Below, one piece after another: positions 10,301 to 19,307 of a stretch of 58,089 nucleotides of DNA (the first letter of the stretch is position 1; each line of letters starts with the position of its first letter). The notes below the pieces were generated by a model. It was not told the origin of the DNA. It saw nothing but the letters and a program-made list of their open reading frames with translations, and searched no databases. The DNA lies in contig JAJUHS010000001.1 of the NCBI GenBank assembly GCA_029267755.1, forward strand, positions 1-58,089. The letters are read 5' to 3'. This DNA is from Clostridiales bacterium. Lineage in GTDB: Bacteria > Bacillota > Clostridia > Oscillospirales > Oscillospiraceae. The translations under genes were made by a program, and so were the position numbers.

Positions 10301-12363
10301 ACATCGCTGTAAGCCTTCATCGTGCGCGTAGTCTGGTTGTTCGTAATATTCTGACCGCCGCCGAAGCCCGCGAAGGCCATGATGTTGCTGGAAGCCGCAT
10401 TGATGTGGTAAAGGGGGCTTGCGGCGTAGGCGCGCTCTATGGCCGCAAAAAGCTCGTCGGCCGTATAGGTATAGGTCCCTTTCGTAATGACGGTGCTGCC
10501 GCCACCGTATGCGTTTGGTCCGAGAACCGCAAACCACTTGCCGATATAGGCATCGTCAACTATAAATGTATAGTCAAGCCTGCCGTCCGCTCCGGTCGAG
10601 AAGGTGTAGGCCTGGCCGTTTAAGTCTGAAAGGCTTCCGTTTATGCCGTCTTTGTAATCCTTATACTGCGAAATAAAATTTCTCAGCATAAGAAGTCCCT
10701 TTCCCGGGCCGTACCAGTCGATTACCTCCGCCGCAGGAGCGGTTTCGCCGTCGCCTCCGCTGAGCATATTTGCGATCTTTGAGGCGGGGTCTCCCTCCTG
10801 GTCCTCGCGCTGGTCAAGGCCGAAGTTGATCAGGTCCGACCAGCCGTAACCGACGACGGAAGCCTGCACGCGGCTTGAAACGCCGATATTCCCGCCCACC
10901 TTGCCTTCAATGTCGGGATCGTCGCTCGATACCGCAGCCATCAGCGCGGAGTTTCCCCCCAGCGACTGACCGAATACCGCAAGCGTGTCCGGGTTAAGTC
11001 CGTACTTTGCGGCGTTCGCGCGGATATATCTGATGTTGCCCTTGATATCCGTGTAATGGTCGGGTGACACGTTCGACGGATAGTTGCGAAGATCAATGCC
11101 TACGACGGCGTAGCCCTTGGCGAGCATAGCGGTCAGATAGGTTCCTATTGCGGAATACTGCCCGTTGTAGCCATGGATGTAGAGTATCGCAGGATAGCCG
11201 CCATTCGGCGCCGCTGCGGTGGGAGTGTATATTACGCCGCGGAGTATCTTATATCCGGGCATGTAGAGCAGATCCGCCGCAGGCGTTATCTTCACCGTAT
11301 CGAGATAGTAGAAGTTCGGGAACGGCAGCGTGTTTTTCGCGTTTCCGGTATAGCTCTGAACCTCTCCGTTTCTGACCATATTGCCCTGCACGAGGAATTT
11401 TATCGTCTTTTCGAGCCCCTTGAACTCGGCGGCATTGTCTGCGCCTACAGTATACCTTGTGCCAGTTGGAAAAGATATCCAGCTGTCATTCTGCGTATTT
11501 TTCGTGTAGTTTATGTAGGTTCTGCTGCGGAAACGGTACATGGTACCGTTATAAGTTTTGCCGTCGATCGTAACCGCTCCGTTTAAAACGTTCTCGGTAT
11601 TGTCGACAAACGGGATGGTGACCGTTGAACCGTTTGCGCCGGAGGCGAAGGTGACCGTCACATTTTTTCCATAGAGGACAACGCGCATGCTCCCGTCTGC
11701 GAGGTTATATGCAACATAGTCGGAGCTGCGGTTTTCACAGGCCTGCTTGAGGTCAATATGCACAGCGGCGCTGCTGGAGCCGCTTTTGATATTTGCCGTT
11801 CCCTTGGCAATCACTGTTGCGGCTCCGGCTGCGCTCACATACTCAAGGGCTACTGTGACGTCTCCCCCTTTTTCGGAGCTTACAACCAGATCAGCAAAGG
11901 GATATCCCACAATATACTGGTTGCCGTACATCCTGTACATTAAGGACGAACTGAAGGTCGCGCCCTTGGAGTCGGGGATTCCTGAGGAATAATCGGTATC
12001 CAGACTGACGGTAAAGCTTCCCGCCTCGGGAACTGCCCACGAAAGAACCCCCGGATAGAGCGAGTCTATTTTGGAGCCTATCTCCGCGTTTTTCGAGTCC
12101 TTGACGTCGAGATAAAATTTAGTGTTTATGTAGTTCGTCGAAGGTTCGTTCGCGGGATCCGAATAGTCCTTACCCTCCTGCACGGTCAGGGCTTCAAGCG
12201 ATTCTGCGTAGAAGGATTTCGTAGTGTTTCCCACTGTGAAGAAATAATCGGGCGCCTTGGTTTCTATGGTGCTGTTGGACTCCGCGAACGCCGTCGGGAC
12301 GAGCGCCATGCTCATCGACGCTGCAAGCAGTATCGAAACGATTCGCTTTTTGTTCTTTTTCAT
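7366..12363 (-). CDS. Large secreted protein with two tandem modules, each: CocE-C-like beta domain + unknown domain + alpha/beta-hydrolase (BD-FAE/HSL-like) + Cu-amine-oxidase-N-like domain
   Basis: Signal peptide MKKNKKRIVSILLAASMSMALVPTAFA; two HGYxG and two GQSLGG motifs; SSRVQA twice; GGAGG RBS before 12363. Confidence 0.8.
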   Translation of the reverse strand: MKKNKKRIVSILLAASMSMALVPTAFAESNSTIETKAPDYFFTVGNTTKSFYAESLEALTVQEGKDYSDPANEPSTNYINTKFYLDVKDSKNAEIGSKIDSLYPGVLSWAVPEAGSFTVSLDTDYSSGIPDSKGATFSSSLMYRMYGNQYIVGYPFADLVVSSEKGGDVTVALEYVSAAGAATVIAKGTANIKSGSSSAAVHIDLKQACENRSSDYVAYNLADGSMRVVLYGKNVTVTFASGANGSTVTIPFVDNTENVLNGAVTIDGKTYNGTMYRFRSRTYINYTKNTQNDSWISFPTGTRYTVGADNAAEFKGLEKTIKFLVQGNMVRNGEVQSYTGNAKNTLPFPNFYYLDTVKITPAADLLYMPGYKILRGVIYTPTAAAPNGGYPAILYIHGYNGQYSAIGTYLTAMLAKGYAVVGIDLRNYPSNVSPDHYTDIKGNIRYIRANAAKYGLNPDTLAVFGQSLGGNSALMAAVSSDDPDIEGKVGGNIGVSSRVQASVVGYGWSDLINFGLDQREDQEGDPASKIANMLSGGDGETAPAAEVIDWYGPGKGLLMLRNFISQYKDYKDGINGSLSDLNGQAYTFSTGADGRLDYTFIVDDAYIGKWFAVLGPNAYGGGSTVITKGTYTYTADELFAAIERAYAASPLYHINAASSNIMAFAGFGGGQNITNNQTTRTMKAYSDVDATAFEAANTQAGVSAYAYGSMEEVCASIDAYLDTYLKNKPEDTKIALYAADSKTRKYNVAANYVSSSSDVQPVIERDGAAWISLELLRSLIGSTVPAYEVPGQTMTVNGHIYGTVKYVTSITGLAVKYYPAGKKGSYIPWYDSNGKVLPEHGRLAGSYGIVTVSYANGNLLAKTMISTPPKNTVQESKTIRDTSYYTAAEGWNNQGVLINNTNSSAPKYYYNVPDLKGAASWRYSNTFPTEEENYSKLYLDDLDSIAEGGSGNSGTLNPALPDTAASMSGKSLSFSSAPNMSTSGSNLELVGFAQAYLWVTGAAGTKANLAVSIELGSKTGSSAIVSKNLSVDMTGNPVNVKVDFTDAITKSYAAGTYFKLNVSSDTEITIGTGGDSPSCIVLPTTEKNSNVYNGTVTLASGAQYAGTMYFFSDAKHLYYNGTWIKLPVDGYTVRYETISGGTVISKATFDDAGIVFEPEAIQFNGRAQDYTGGMARGGVAFPSFNRVQMTRIGIQPLTDGLYLPTMKSLNINIYLPNEAKSGAVPLVIFVHGYGGDISGIDSFLMACLANGYAVAGVDLRAYPPECTPDWYADISGNVRFLRANADKYNLNSEKFALYGQSLGGNSSLGAAVGAYSSIEGGVGGNTGISSRVQAAVIGYGWTDLINFGLDQRTDNAGRTDLLASMISGGDGENAPAASAINWYGAGKGFLMLRNFMEQYELYKKGINGSLANTEGRAYHFCENSEGELCYTFTIDSAYRERWFPFGTTDGLFAAGTVTTLGTYTYTVAEILAAIQRAAETSPISYVSPDDPVMALYGGFGGAQNITNNQSMRTFKELQNNGVLTFYYGNTQGNYGKTAVVKAGLLNYLDKWLKGNPKGTKIVLTPGSDTAVVNYVDRRIKTPLILDEKGTPYIPVSYVARVIGADVSGITASIAGVVEKNGALYTTAKNLSSIPAFKALTATWYAEDQTMVIFGNVDAANTNPDK

Positions 12364-12401
12364 ATTCAACCTCCATTCTTTATTTGGGCGAGACGTATAA
12401 C

Positions 12402-14795
12402 TTATTTTTTTGAAAGTTTCTTGTTCACAACAACATATCCTGCCCCGCAGACTGCGATTATCAAAATAAGTATTATCACCAGAGCCAGGGTGTTAACTCC
12501 GGATTTTGTCTGGTTATCGGTTGGGAAGGAGTAAGTGTTCGCCGCGCCGCCAGCATAGTTTTGGGCGACGCCGTCTGCAACCTTATCGCCCTCGGGCATG
12601 AAGGTAAAGCCGGCATTTTTGAATACTCCGGCGTTCTTCACAACCTTATACTCCGCTTCCTTGCTGCCGACGGCAAACTTGCTCCACTTTCCGTTTGCAT
12701 AGAGGTAGTAATTTTTCTTAAAAAGATACATAGTGCCGGGGCCGGTGTAGCTTCCGTCGGAGAAGGTAACCTTTCCGTTTATGACATTACTTACGCTTTG
12801 AACCATCGGAACCGTTATCGAGGACGCCTTGTCTCCACCCTGATACAGCGTTATCTTCGGCAGGTTAGAGGTCTTGAGGACGTACTTGCCTTCAACCAGG
12901 TCATAATACATATAGTGCTGGCTCGTAGCGGTGTTGGCGCAGGTCACGGTTACGCGAAGGCTCGTGTCCGCCGCGAGCTGCTGCGCCACGATATCGAATG
13001 TGGCTTCCAGATGAACCGGCTTTGCAAGGCCTTCCGAAAGCGCCGTCTGCACATCCTTGGTCGTACTGGTATGATATACGGTTCCGGGCGTTGAATCATA
13101 GAAATCGCTCTTGCCGGTGATACGGTGTGACGCCCTGATATATGCCCTTGAAAGATAAGTGGACTTTCCGTCAGGCGTAACCTTTTCAAGATACGCTATA
13201 AAATCTACATCATTGTAATTCTCGCACGAGATCCACAGGTCGAGTTTTGGAATACCGACTATCTGCGTCGTACTCTTAAAAGGAGCACTTGTAAATGTAA
13301 GGCCCTTGGAATCTACTGCCTGTGACCAGTCTTCTGTCGATGTCAGGTTCATGCCGTTATAGTCGGCGGGAACCTTAATGCTGGTATCCACCGTGTACTT
13401 TATTGACGAATCCGCGGGTTTGGACGCAGAGAGTGCGCCGTTGTTGCTCTGAGCCCCTGAAAGCTTAAGCGCGTCGCCGATAGTGCCCTGGTTTGAAAAG
13501 TACATGACTGTATTTTGCTGGTTATCAAGAGGAAGGTTGTCGGCATATCTCCATTCCTTGCCCGAATCGGCTCCCGCAACGTAGTAGTAAAACGGAGGGG
13601 CTTTATCATATCCGTTGTCGATACCTTTAAGAAGGTAATCAAACCAGCGCAGGTAGTCTGCCTCGACGTCAAACGTTGAGTTTGGATAAAGTTTGTCGCT
13701 CATCGTGCCTCTGATAGCACCGCTGTGGTTCCAAGGGCCGAGGACGACAGTCCCGCCCCATGCGTTCGCCTCAATTACCTGGGCCGTGGCATTGGAGTCG
13801 AAGTATCCCGCAAGCTGGTGTATCTTAATGCCGCTCGCCTTTATCTTGCTGCTGTACTCTACCGGCGGTATGGTAAGATTAACTTTTTCATTATAAAGAT
13901 CTTTATGCTCCTGATCCCTTAAGAGGTTTGGCATCAGCAGGTAACTTGTGAAGGGCTTGTTTTTCATGGTCTGAATAACGTAAGCCTGATAAGCCTGCTC
14001 GCCCTTGGGATCATCGTCTACAAACTTTGTGGTCGTTTTGGCTTTCCATTCCTCATAACTCTTTGGAGTGGTATCAAGAGCAGTTCCCGAGAGATTCATA
14101 CCGCTCGGACATGTCGATACGCCGTTTATATAGTCCTGATAGTAGAAGTCGGGATTGTTTACAACCGGAGTAATACCCAGCAGCCCCTTCGGAGCCTCAA
14201 CCATCGTGGAGTTCTGGATAAGTCCCCTGTTTGAGCCGCCCATCATGGCGTACTTGCCGTTCGACCAGCTCTGGTTTGCTATCCATTTTTCCATGATATA
14301 AGCAACATCCTTGCGGTTCTCCACGGACGCAAAGCTGTTGCATACGCCGAACGAAGCCCCGCAGCCTCTCATTTCGACTATGACGTAGGCATATCCGTTT
14401 CTTACGAGGTTTAGAGCCAACTTTCCTCCCCCGTTCGTATCTGTTTCGGTGAATCGTCCGCCCCTCGATACGGTGACAACCGTCGGAAATTTTCCTTCCA
14501 CGACTTTGCCGTTTGAGTCTGCCGGCAGAACGTAATCAAGCGCCAGCTTTACTGTTTGACCGGTATAATCCGGGTCTGAGCGCGCAGCGTCAACATAAAA
14601 TGCGGGCACTTCAACATAAAGGGATTTCACAACATATTTAGGATAATCTTCTTTGCCATAACCGGCATACTTGCCGTAGGTGGACTGCTTCGCCGCTGCG
14701 CTGTCGGCGGCGAATGCCCCCGCGCCCATAGCGGCTATAAGGCTGGATATAAGGATCGACGGAACTATTCTTTTAAGAATTCTACTTTTTTTCAT
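12402..14795 (-). CDS. CocE/NonD (peptidase S15-like) hydrolase, exported, with C-terminal membrane anchor
   Basis: Signal peptide; EMRGCGASFG, WSNGKYAMMGGSNRG, GYFD, GPWNH, LTFTSAP motifs; C-terminal hydrophobic helix plus KKLSKK. Confidence 0.85.
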   Translation of the reverse strand: MKKSRILKRIVPSILISSLIAAMGAGAFAADSAAAKQSTYGKYAGYGKEDYPKYVVKSLYVEVPAFYVDAARSDPDYTGQTVKLALDYVLPADSNGKVVEGKFPTVVTVSRGGRFTETDTNGGGKLALNLVRNGYAYVIVEMRGCGASFGVCNSFASVENRKDVAYIMEKWIANQSWSNGKYAMMGGSNRGLIQNSTMVEAPKGLLGITPVVNNPDFYYQDYINGVSTCPSGMNLSGTALDTTPKSYEEWKAKTTTKFVDDDPKGEQAYQAYVIQTMKNKPFTSYLLMPNLLRDQEHKDLYNEKVNLTIPPVEYSSKIKASGIKIHQLAGYFDSNATAQVIEANAWGGTVVLGPWNHSGAIRGTMSDKLYPNSTFDVEADYLRWFDYLLKGIDNGYDKAPPFYYYVAGADSGKEWRYADNLPLDNQQNTVMYFSNQGTIGDALKLSGAQSNNGALSASKPADSSIKYTVDTSIKVPADYNGMNLTSTEDWSQAVDSKGLTFTSAPFKSTTQIVGIPKLDLWISCENYNDVDFIAYLEKVTPDGKSTYLSRAYIRASHRITGKSDFYDSTPGTVYHTSTTKDVQTALSEGLAKPVHLEATFDIVAQQLAADTSLRVTVTCANTATSQHYMYYDLVEGKYVLKTSNLPKITLYQGGDKASSITVPMVQSVSNVINGKVTFSDGSYTGPGTMYLFKKNYYLYANGKWSKFAVGSKEAEYKVVKNAGVFKNAGFTFMPEGDKVADGVAQNYAGGAANTYSFPTDNQTKSGVNTLALVIILILIIAVCGAGYVVVNKKLSKK

Positions 14796-15141
14796 TAAAA
14801 CGCCTTCTTTCTTTTATCGTCCTTTTTTATAATAAGTAATATTCAATACCTATACTTTCAAGCGTATATCACCTGCTTTTGGACGGTTAATTCATAGCAG
14901 CATGTTTGATTGCACCCTGCAAAACCTGATTTCGCTCTTAATAAAATTTATTACTTTATCACAAAATTATCAATAAACAATCGGTTTAATTTGGATGAAC
15001 TTTAGTTTATTTGATGTTATGGCTTACGAAAAGCAGAAATCCGGCTCCAAGAATTAATTATAAATACCCATCGAACAGGTTGACTTATTTTCTTAATAGT
15101 TTATTATTAGAATGCCTAGATAATTTTTGGAGGGAAGCCTT

Positions 15142-16161
15142 TTGGACGCACGCAATTTTATATTGCTTTTGATTCGCATAGTATTTCCACTTGTTAACGC
15201 GGTTGCTTTCTTTGGGCTTTTTGCTGTCAAAAAGAAAAGAATCTATCTATGCCTTTTTATATTGTTTTTATGCTCTTTTTTTGATACCGTTTTCAATTTA
15301 TCCCATTACTTCTTTCCGGATATCGTTTTTAACCGAAGCCCCAGGCAATATGTTCCCTTCATCCAGGCGTTTCTTAGAGAAGCCTGCACCTTCACGAGGA
15401 TATATTGCTATTACAGGTTCGGAAACCTTCTTTTCGGCCGCAAAGAAAATGCAAAAACCATTGCCGTCTGTATTTTATTTGCATCCGCAATCATGTTGTC
15501 TCCACTTCTCAGAGGCGAAAATCTGGATTATATCAGATACTATGGAGTGCTTTTCACTTATACTGCGGTCGTTTGGTCCGTTCTAATTTCCGGGCTTGTC
15601 CGAATTGTCCGCAACCGTGATAAATTCAACAAATTTTATTGCACCTCTCTCATCCTCCTTTACTTATTCACTCTGCTCTGCTATATTGCTTCCTTTGCTC
15701 TTACAATCTTCGAAAATCTGGCCTTCACCGATCCGGGTAATTTTACCAAATTGGCGACAATGATTTTCTGCTTTGCCGGCGCAGGTTGGATAATTATCGA
15801 GCTTCGCAGCGGAAAAGCTTTTACGGCAGTGACGGTCTCGCCCGCCCCTCCATCCCCGCAACCTGAAAAAGAGCAGCCGCAATCCGACCCTATTGAACTG
15901 ATACGGCGCAGATACCAGCTCACAGACCGTGAGCTGGAAATACTTGTCCTAATGCTGGAGGGAAAGACAAACGAGGAAATCGCGCAGATACTCTGGGTCG
16001 CTGTGGGAACGGTAAAGTCGCATATACACAACATTTTTGGAAAGATGGGCATTACAAGGCGAAGCCAGCTTTTCGGCATCCCGGATATCAACCTTATAAT
16101 TGTCAAAAGGCAAATTGGGAAGGAAGTTCCGTCCCAAATAGCATCTCAACCGGTAAGGTAA
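15142..16161 (+). CDS. Membrane-anchored LuxR-family transcriptional regulator
   Basis: About 7 hydrophobic segments in the N-terminal ~225 aa, Pro-rich linker, then LTDRELEIL...GKTNEEIA...GTVKSHIHNIFGK HTH; TTG start after GGAGG. Confidence 0.88.
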   Translation: MDARNFILLLIRIVFPLVNAVAFFGLFAVKKKRIYLCLFILFLCSFFDTVFNLSHYFFPDIVFNRSPRQYVPFIQAFLREACTFTRIYCYYRFGNLLFGRKENAKTIAVCILFASAIMLSPLLRGENLDYIRYYGVLFTYTAVVWSVLISGLVRIVRNRDKFNKFYCTSLILLYLFTLLCYIASFALTIFENLAFTDPGNFTKLATMIFCFAGAGWIIIELRSGKAFTAVTVSPAPPSPQPEKEQPQSDPIELIRRRYQLTDRELEILVLMLEGKTNEEIAQILWVAVGTVKSHIHNIFGKMGITRRSQLFGIPDINLIIVKRQIGKEVPSQIASQPVR

Positions 16162-16167
16162 CAAGAG

Positions 16168-17019
16168 GTGAATAAATTGAGCTATGAGTGCCACGGGCAC
16201 ATTGTCCTTGACGGGATAAACTACAAAGCATCTATGAAGCGGCATAAAGACGGCGTTGACGAAGCTTTTGTGCGCGGCAATCTTAAGGCCCTGGCGGATG
16301 CCGGCGTATCCTTTTACAGGGACGGCGGGGACAATCTGATGGTGTCGGCTTTTGCAAAGAAGGTCGCCCCGGAATACGGCATTGACTACCGGACGCCTAT
16401 ATATGCCATTCACAAGAAGGGCTGTTACGGCGAAATGTTCGGACTTGACTTTGAAACCATGTCTGAGTATAAAACTCTTGTAACGAACGCAAAAAAGCTC
16501 GGCGCGGATTTCATAAAGCTCATGGCGTCGGGCATTATGGATTATGACGCAGGCGGCAGGGTTATAGGCCCCGCGCTTGGGTACTCCGAGCTTTGCGAAG
16601 CCGTTAAAATAGCAGAAGGCGAGGGGCTTAAAATCATGGCTCATGTCAACGGCTCCGAAAACATAAAAAACGCCCTGTCGGCGGGCGTAAAAAGCGTTGA
16701 GCACGGTTTCCGTCCCGACAGGGATGTTATTGATCTGTTTCTCGAAACCGGCGCCGTATGGGTGCCGACCCGCTCTCCGCTGGAAAATCTCATTGGCTGC
16801 GGCAGGTTTGATGACGTAGTTCTCAGGAGTATCCTGGACGAGCAGGAAGCGATACTGAATGAGGCCTACGGGCGAGGCGCTTACATTGCTTCCGGCAGCG
16901 ACTGCGGATCCTACCTCGTTTATCAGGGCAAAGGTACCTCGGACGAATACGGATACCTTGAAAGTATGGGAGTAGACCCCATGCGCGGAAATCGCAGAAT
17001 AGAGGAGTTATTCAAATAA
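16168..17019 (+). CDS. Metal-dependent amidohydrolase family protein
   Basis: ECHGH, GADFIKLMASG, MAHVNG, SVEHG, GSDCG motifs. Confidence 0.85.
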   Translation: MNKLSYECHGHIVLDGINYKASMKRHKDGVDEAFVRGNLKALADAGVSFYRDGGDNLMVSAFAKKVAPEYGIDYRTPIYAIHKKGCYGEMFGLDFETMSEYKTLVTNAKKLGADFIKLMASGIMDYDAGGRVIGPALGYSELCEAVKIAEGEGLKIMAHVNGSENIKNALSAGVKSVEHGFRPDRDVIDLFLETGAVWVPTRSPLENLIGCGRFDDVVLRSILDEQEAILNEAYGRGAYIASGSDCGSYLVYQGKGTSDEYGYLESMGVDPMRGNRRIEELFK

Positions 17020-17025
17020 ATAGTT

Positions 17026-17057
17026 AAAAAGGGGGGCTTAAAACCAAGCCCCCTTTT
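17026..17057. terminator. Bidirectional terminator
   Basis: aaaaggggggctt...aagccccctttt between convergent genes. Confidence 0.8.
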
Positions 17058-17070
17058 ATATCCTTTTAGG

Positions 17071-19281
17071 TCAGTCGGCGATTACCACGCGCACCTTGCA
17101 GCCCTTGTCGGCATCGTAATATACCGTAAGGCTATCTGAGCGAGAGCGTGCGCTTGCAAGCGTCGTCCAGCTGTCGATGCTTTCCACATATACCTGAACG
17201 TCATCGCTGACAGGTATCGTCGTGCCGTTGATATTTACATAAAAGTTTCCATACACATCCTCAGTAAAGTCGGAGCGGCCTATTCCTGTCGCCTTTGTCA
17301 GCTTTACATAGCTGCCCAGATTGCCGCTCTTGTTAAGAGAAATACCGGCGTATATTCCTGAGTAAAGATCCGAATTCCCGAGAACCGTCGACGAGCCGTC
17401 AGAATTTGTAAGTGTAACAGTTTCGTTTGTTACCGAGAAACCTCCCGAACTGGTCGTTTTAGAACCTATATCTATATATCCGTATCTATAGGCATCTCCG
17501 GTCACGTCTCTAAGGACGATAAGCGTGACATTATTTGCAGCGTCATACGACGCGTAGTAGATTTTTGAGCCCGATATTGTTTTGGCCGTAATATCGTCGA
17601 TATCCACCTCCGCAGCGTTACCGTCTACTATCCAGTCGATTATTTTAACCGACGGAGAGAGCCTGGCGCTGCCCAGCGTTTTATCGCTGAGATTCAGAGT
17701 AGAGGATACCGACTTTTCGGTCAGGTTTGCAAGACTGACATAGCCCTCTCCTGAGGAGCTTACAGAAAACAACATATTCTTATAGTTCGCTGCGCTGGTG
17801 TCGTTGATTTTACCGCTCACCGTAATTCCGTTTACCAGCTTTAAAGTTACTTTGGAGGAAGACGCGCTCGTCACAATTCCGATATTTGCCGCACTCAGTG
17901 TGCTTGTCGAAACTGCTCCAGCCACCTTGTTGTCCGCTGTCAAAAGCAGAGTAACGTTATCTCCGACACTGAATTTCGAAAGTGATGAAACGGCGCTGTC
18001 CAGAACCTCAAACTCCGCTCCGAGCACCGTGACCGTGCTTGGGGTATCGTCGTTAGGATACGCATCGTCATACCTTCCGCTTATCTTTTTATCCGATACG
18101 TTGTAAACCTGGGAGCTGGAGACATATGATATGACATCATAGGGGCAGACGTCGGAAGACGTAACCTCATAGCCGTTTTTATAGATTTTGGCCGAGGACG
18201 GGAAGGTATAACCGTTTGAAGTCGCTATCGCGGTTATATCCGAATCTGAGCCCGACGAGGCGACAAGAACATACTGAACCGTTCCGCCGTCCGAGTAATA
18301 CGCCGATACCGACATTCCCTTTTCTATGTTGTACCATTTGCTTGAATAGTCCGCCTTTTGCCCGTCCATATAGAAGGTCGGCGAAGAAGTCATGGAAATC
18401 TTGGTACCGTTTGAGCAGCTTATATAGGACGCGGTTGTATCCGTCACAGTCGAGGTTATCGTGGTCCCATCGGCCGCGGGTATGAACGTCAGCGCCTTCC
18501 CCGCCGAATTCAGGACGAGGGTGCCGAACTTTCCGACAAGGGCAGACGGGACGCTGTTGACCTTCAGATACGTCCCCGAAGACGCTCCGGCAATTTTTAC
18601 TGCGCCGGTCTGGCCGCTGTCAGTCGTAGCGTTGCCGCTCACTAGAAATACGTTTTCGACGGTTGTCACCCCGGATATCGTGGATGCGTAGGTTTTGGCG
18701 GAACCGTTTACCTTGCAGCTAAGCATGTTTGCAAACAGTACCGCCGCCTCGCCCCTTGTAATTATCGAATTTCCATAACTGGATACTCCATCCGTTAGTC
18801 CGACTTCCCCTGCCTTGCTTATGTAATCGTCAGGCCATTTCGCTCCCACGTCCGTACTCTTATACCCCAGCACTCTCATAAGCACCGTGACGGCCTGCCC
18901 GTAGGTAATCACGTCCTCGGGTCCGAAGTAACCGGAAGGATAACCCGACATTATGCCGGCGTTCCGCACCGCAAGGTTTACATAACCTGCTTCCCAGGAG
19001 GTAGCCGGAACGTCCGGAAAGATCGTATAGCCCGAGTACTGAGAAACTTTTGCGGAAAGTCCCATCGTAACTACCGCTATTTTGCAGAACTGCGCTCTTG
19101 TCAGCGTGCCGCTGAGGTCAAGAGATCCGCTTCCGTCGCCCTGCATTGCGCCCATCATTTGAAGTATCGCCGCCGATTCGTTTGCGTCTTCGGCGGACGA
19201 ATAAGCCGAAGCCTTCGGAATCACGGTTATGAACGATAAGCATATTGCCGCTGTGAGAACAAAACTTATTATTTTTTTCAT
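17071..19281 (-). CDS. S-layer homology (SLH) domain protein
   Basis: Signal peptide MKKIISFVLTAAICLS; SLH motifs LTRAQFC, GYPSGYFGPEDVITYGQA, ITRGEAA; Ser/Thr-rich body. Confidence 0.88.
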   Translation of the reverse strand: MKKIISFVLTAAICLSFITVIPKASAYSSAEDANESAAILQMMGAMQGDGSGSLDLSGTLTRAQFCKIAVVTMGLSAKVSQYSGYTIFPDVPATSWEAGYVNLAVRNAGIMSGYPSGYFGPEDVITYGQAVTVLMRVLGYKSTDVGAKWPDDYISKAGEVGLTDGVSSYGNSIITRGEAAVLFANMLSCKVNGSAKTYASTISGVTTVENVFLVSGNATTDSGQTGAVKIAGASSGTYLKVNSVPSALVGKFGTLVLNSAGKALTFIPAADGTTITSTVTDTTASYISCSNGTKISMTSSPTFYMDGQKADYSSKWYNIEKGMSVSAYYSDGGTVQYVLVASSGSDSDITAIATSNGYTFPSSAKIYKNGYEVTSSDVCPYDVISYVSSSQVYNVSDKKISGRYDDAYPNDDTPSTVTVLGAEFEVLDSAVSSLSKFSVGDNVTLLLTADNKVAGAVSTSTLSAANIGIVTSASSSKVTLKLVNGITVSGKINDTSAANYKNMLFSVSSSGEGYVSLANLTEKSVSSTLNLSDKTLGSARLSPSVKIIDWIVDGNAAEVDIDDITAKTISGSKIYYASYDAANNVTLIVLRDVTGDAYRYGYIDIGSKTTSSGGFSVTNETVTLTNSDGSSTVLGNSDLYSGIYAGISLNKSGNLGSYVKLTKATGIGRSDFTEDVYGNFYVNINGTTIPVSDDVQVYVESIDSWTTLASARSRSDSLTVYYDADKGCKVRVVIAD

Positions 19282-19307
19282 TTGCCGTTTTCTCTCCCCT
19301 ATAAAAT

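Noticed and set aside
7166..17057. tRNA-Leu-anchored integrative element
   Set aside because: No integrase or transposase, and no duplicated tRNA 3' end (att site) spotted by eye
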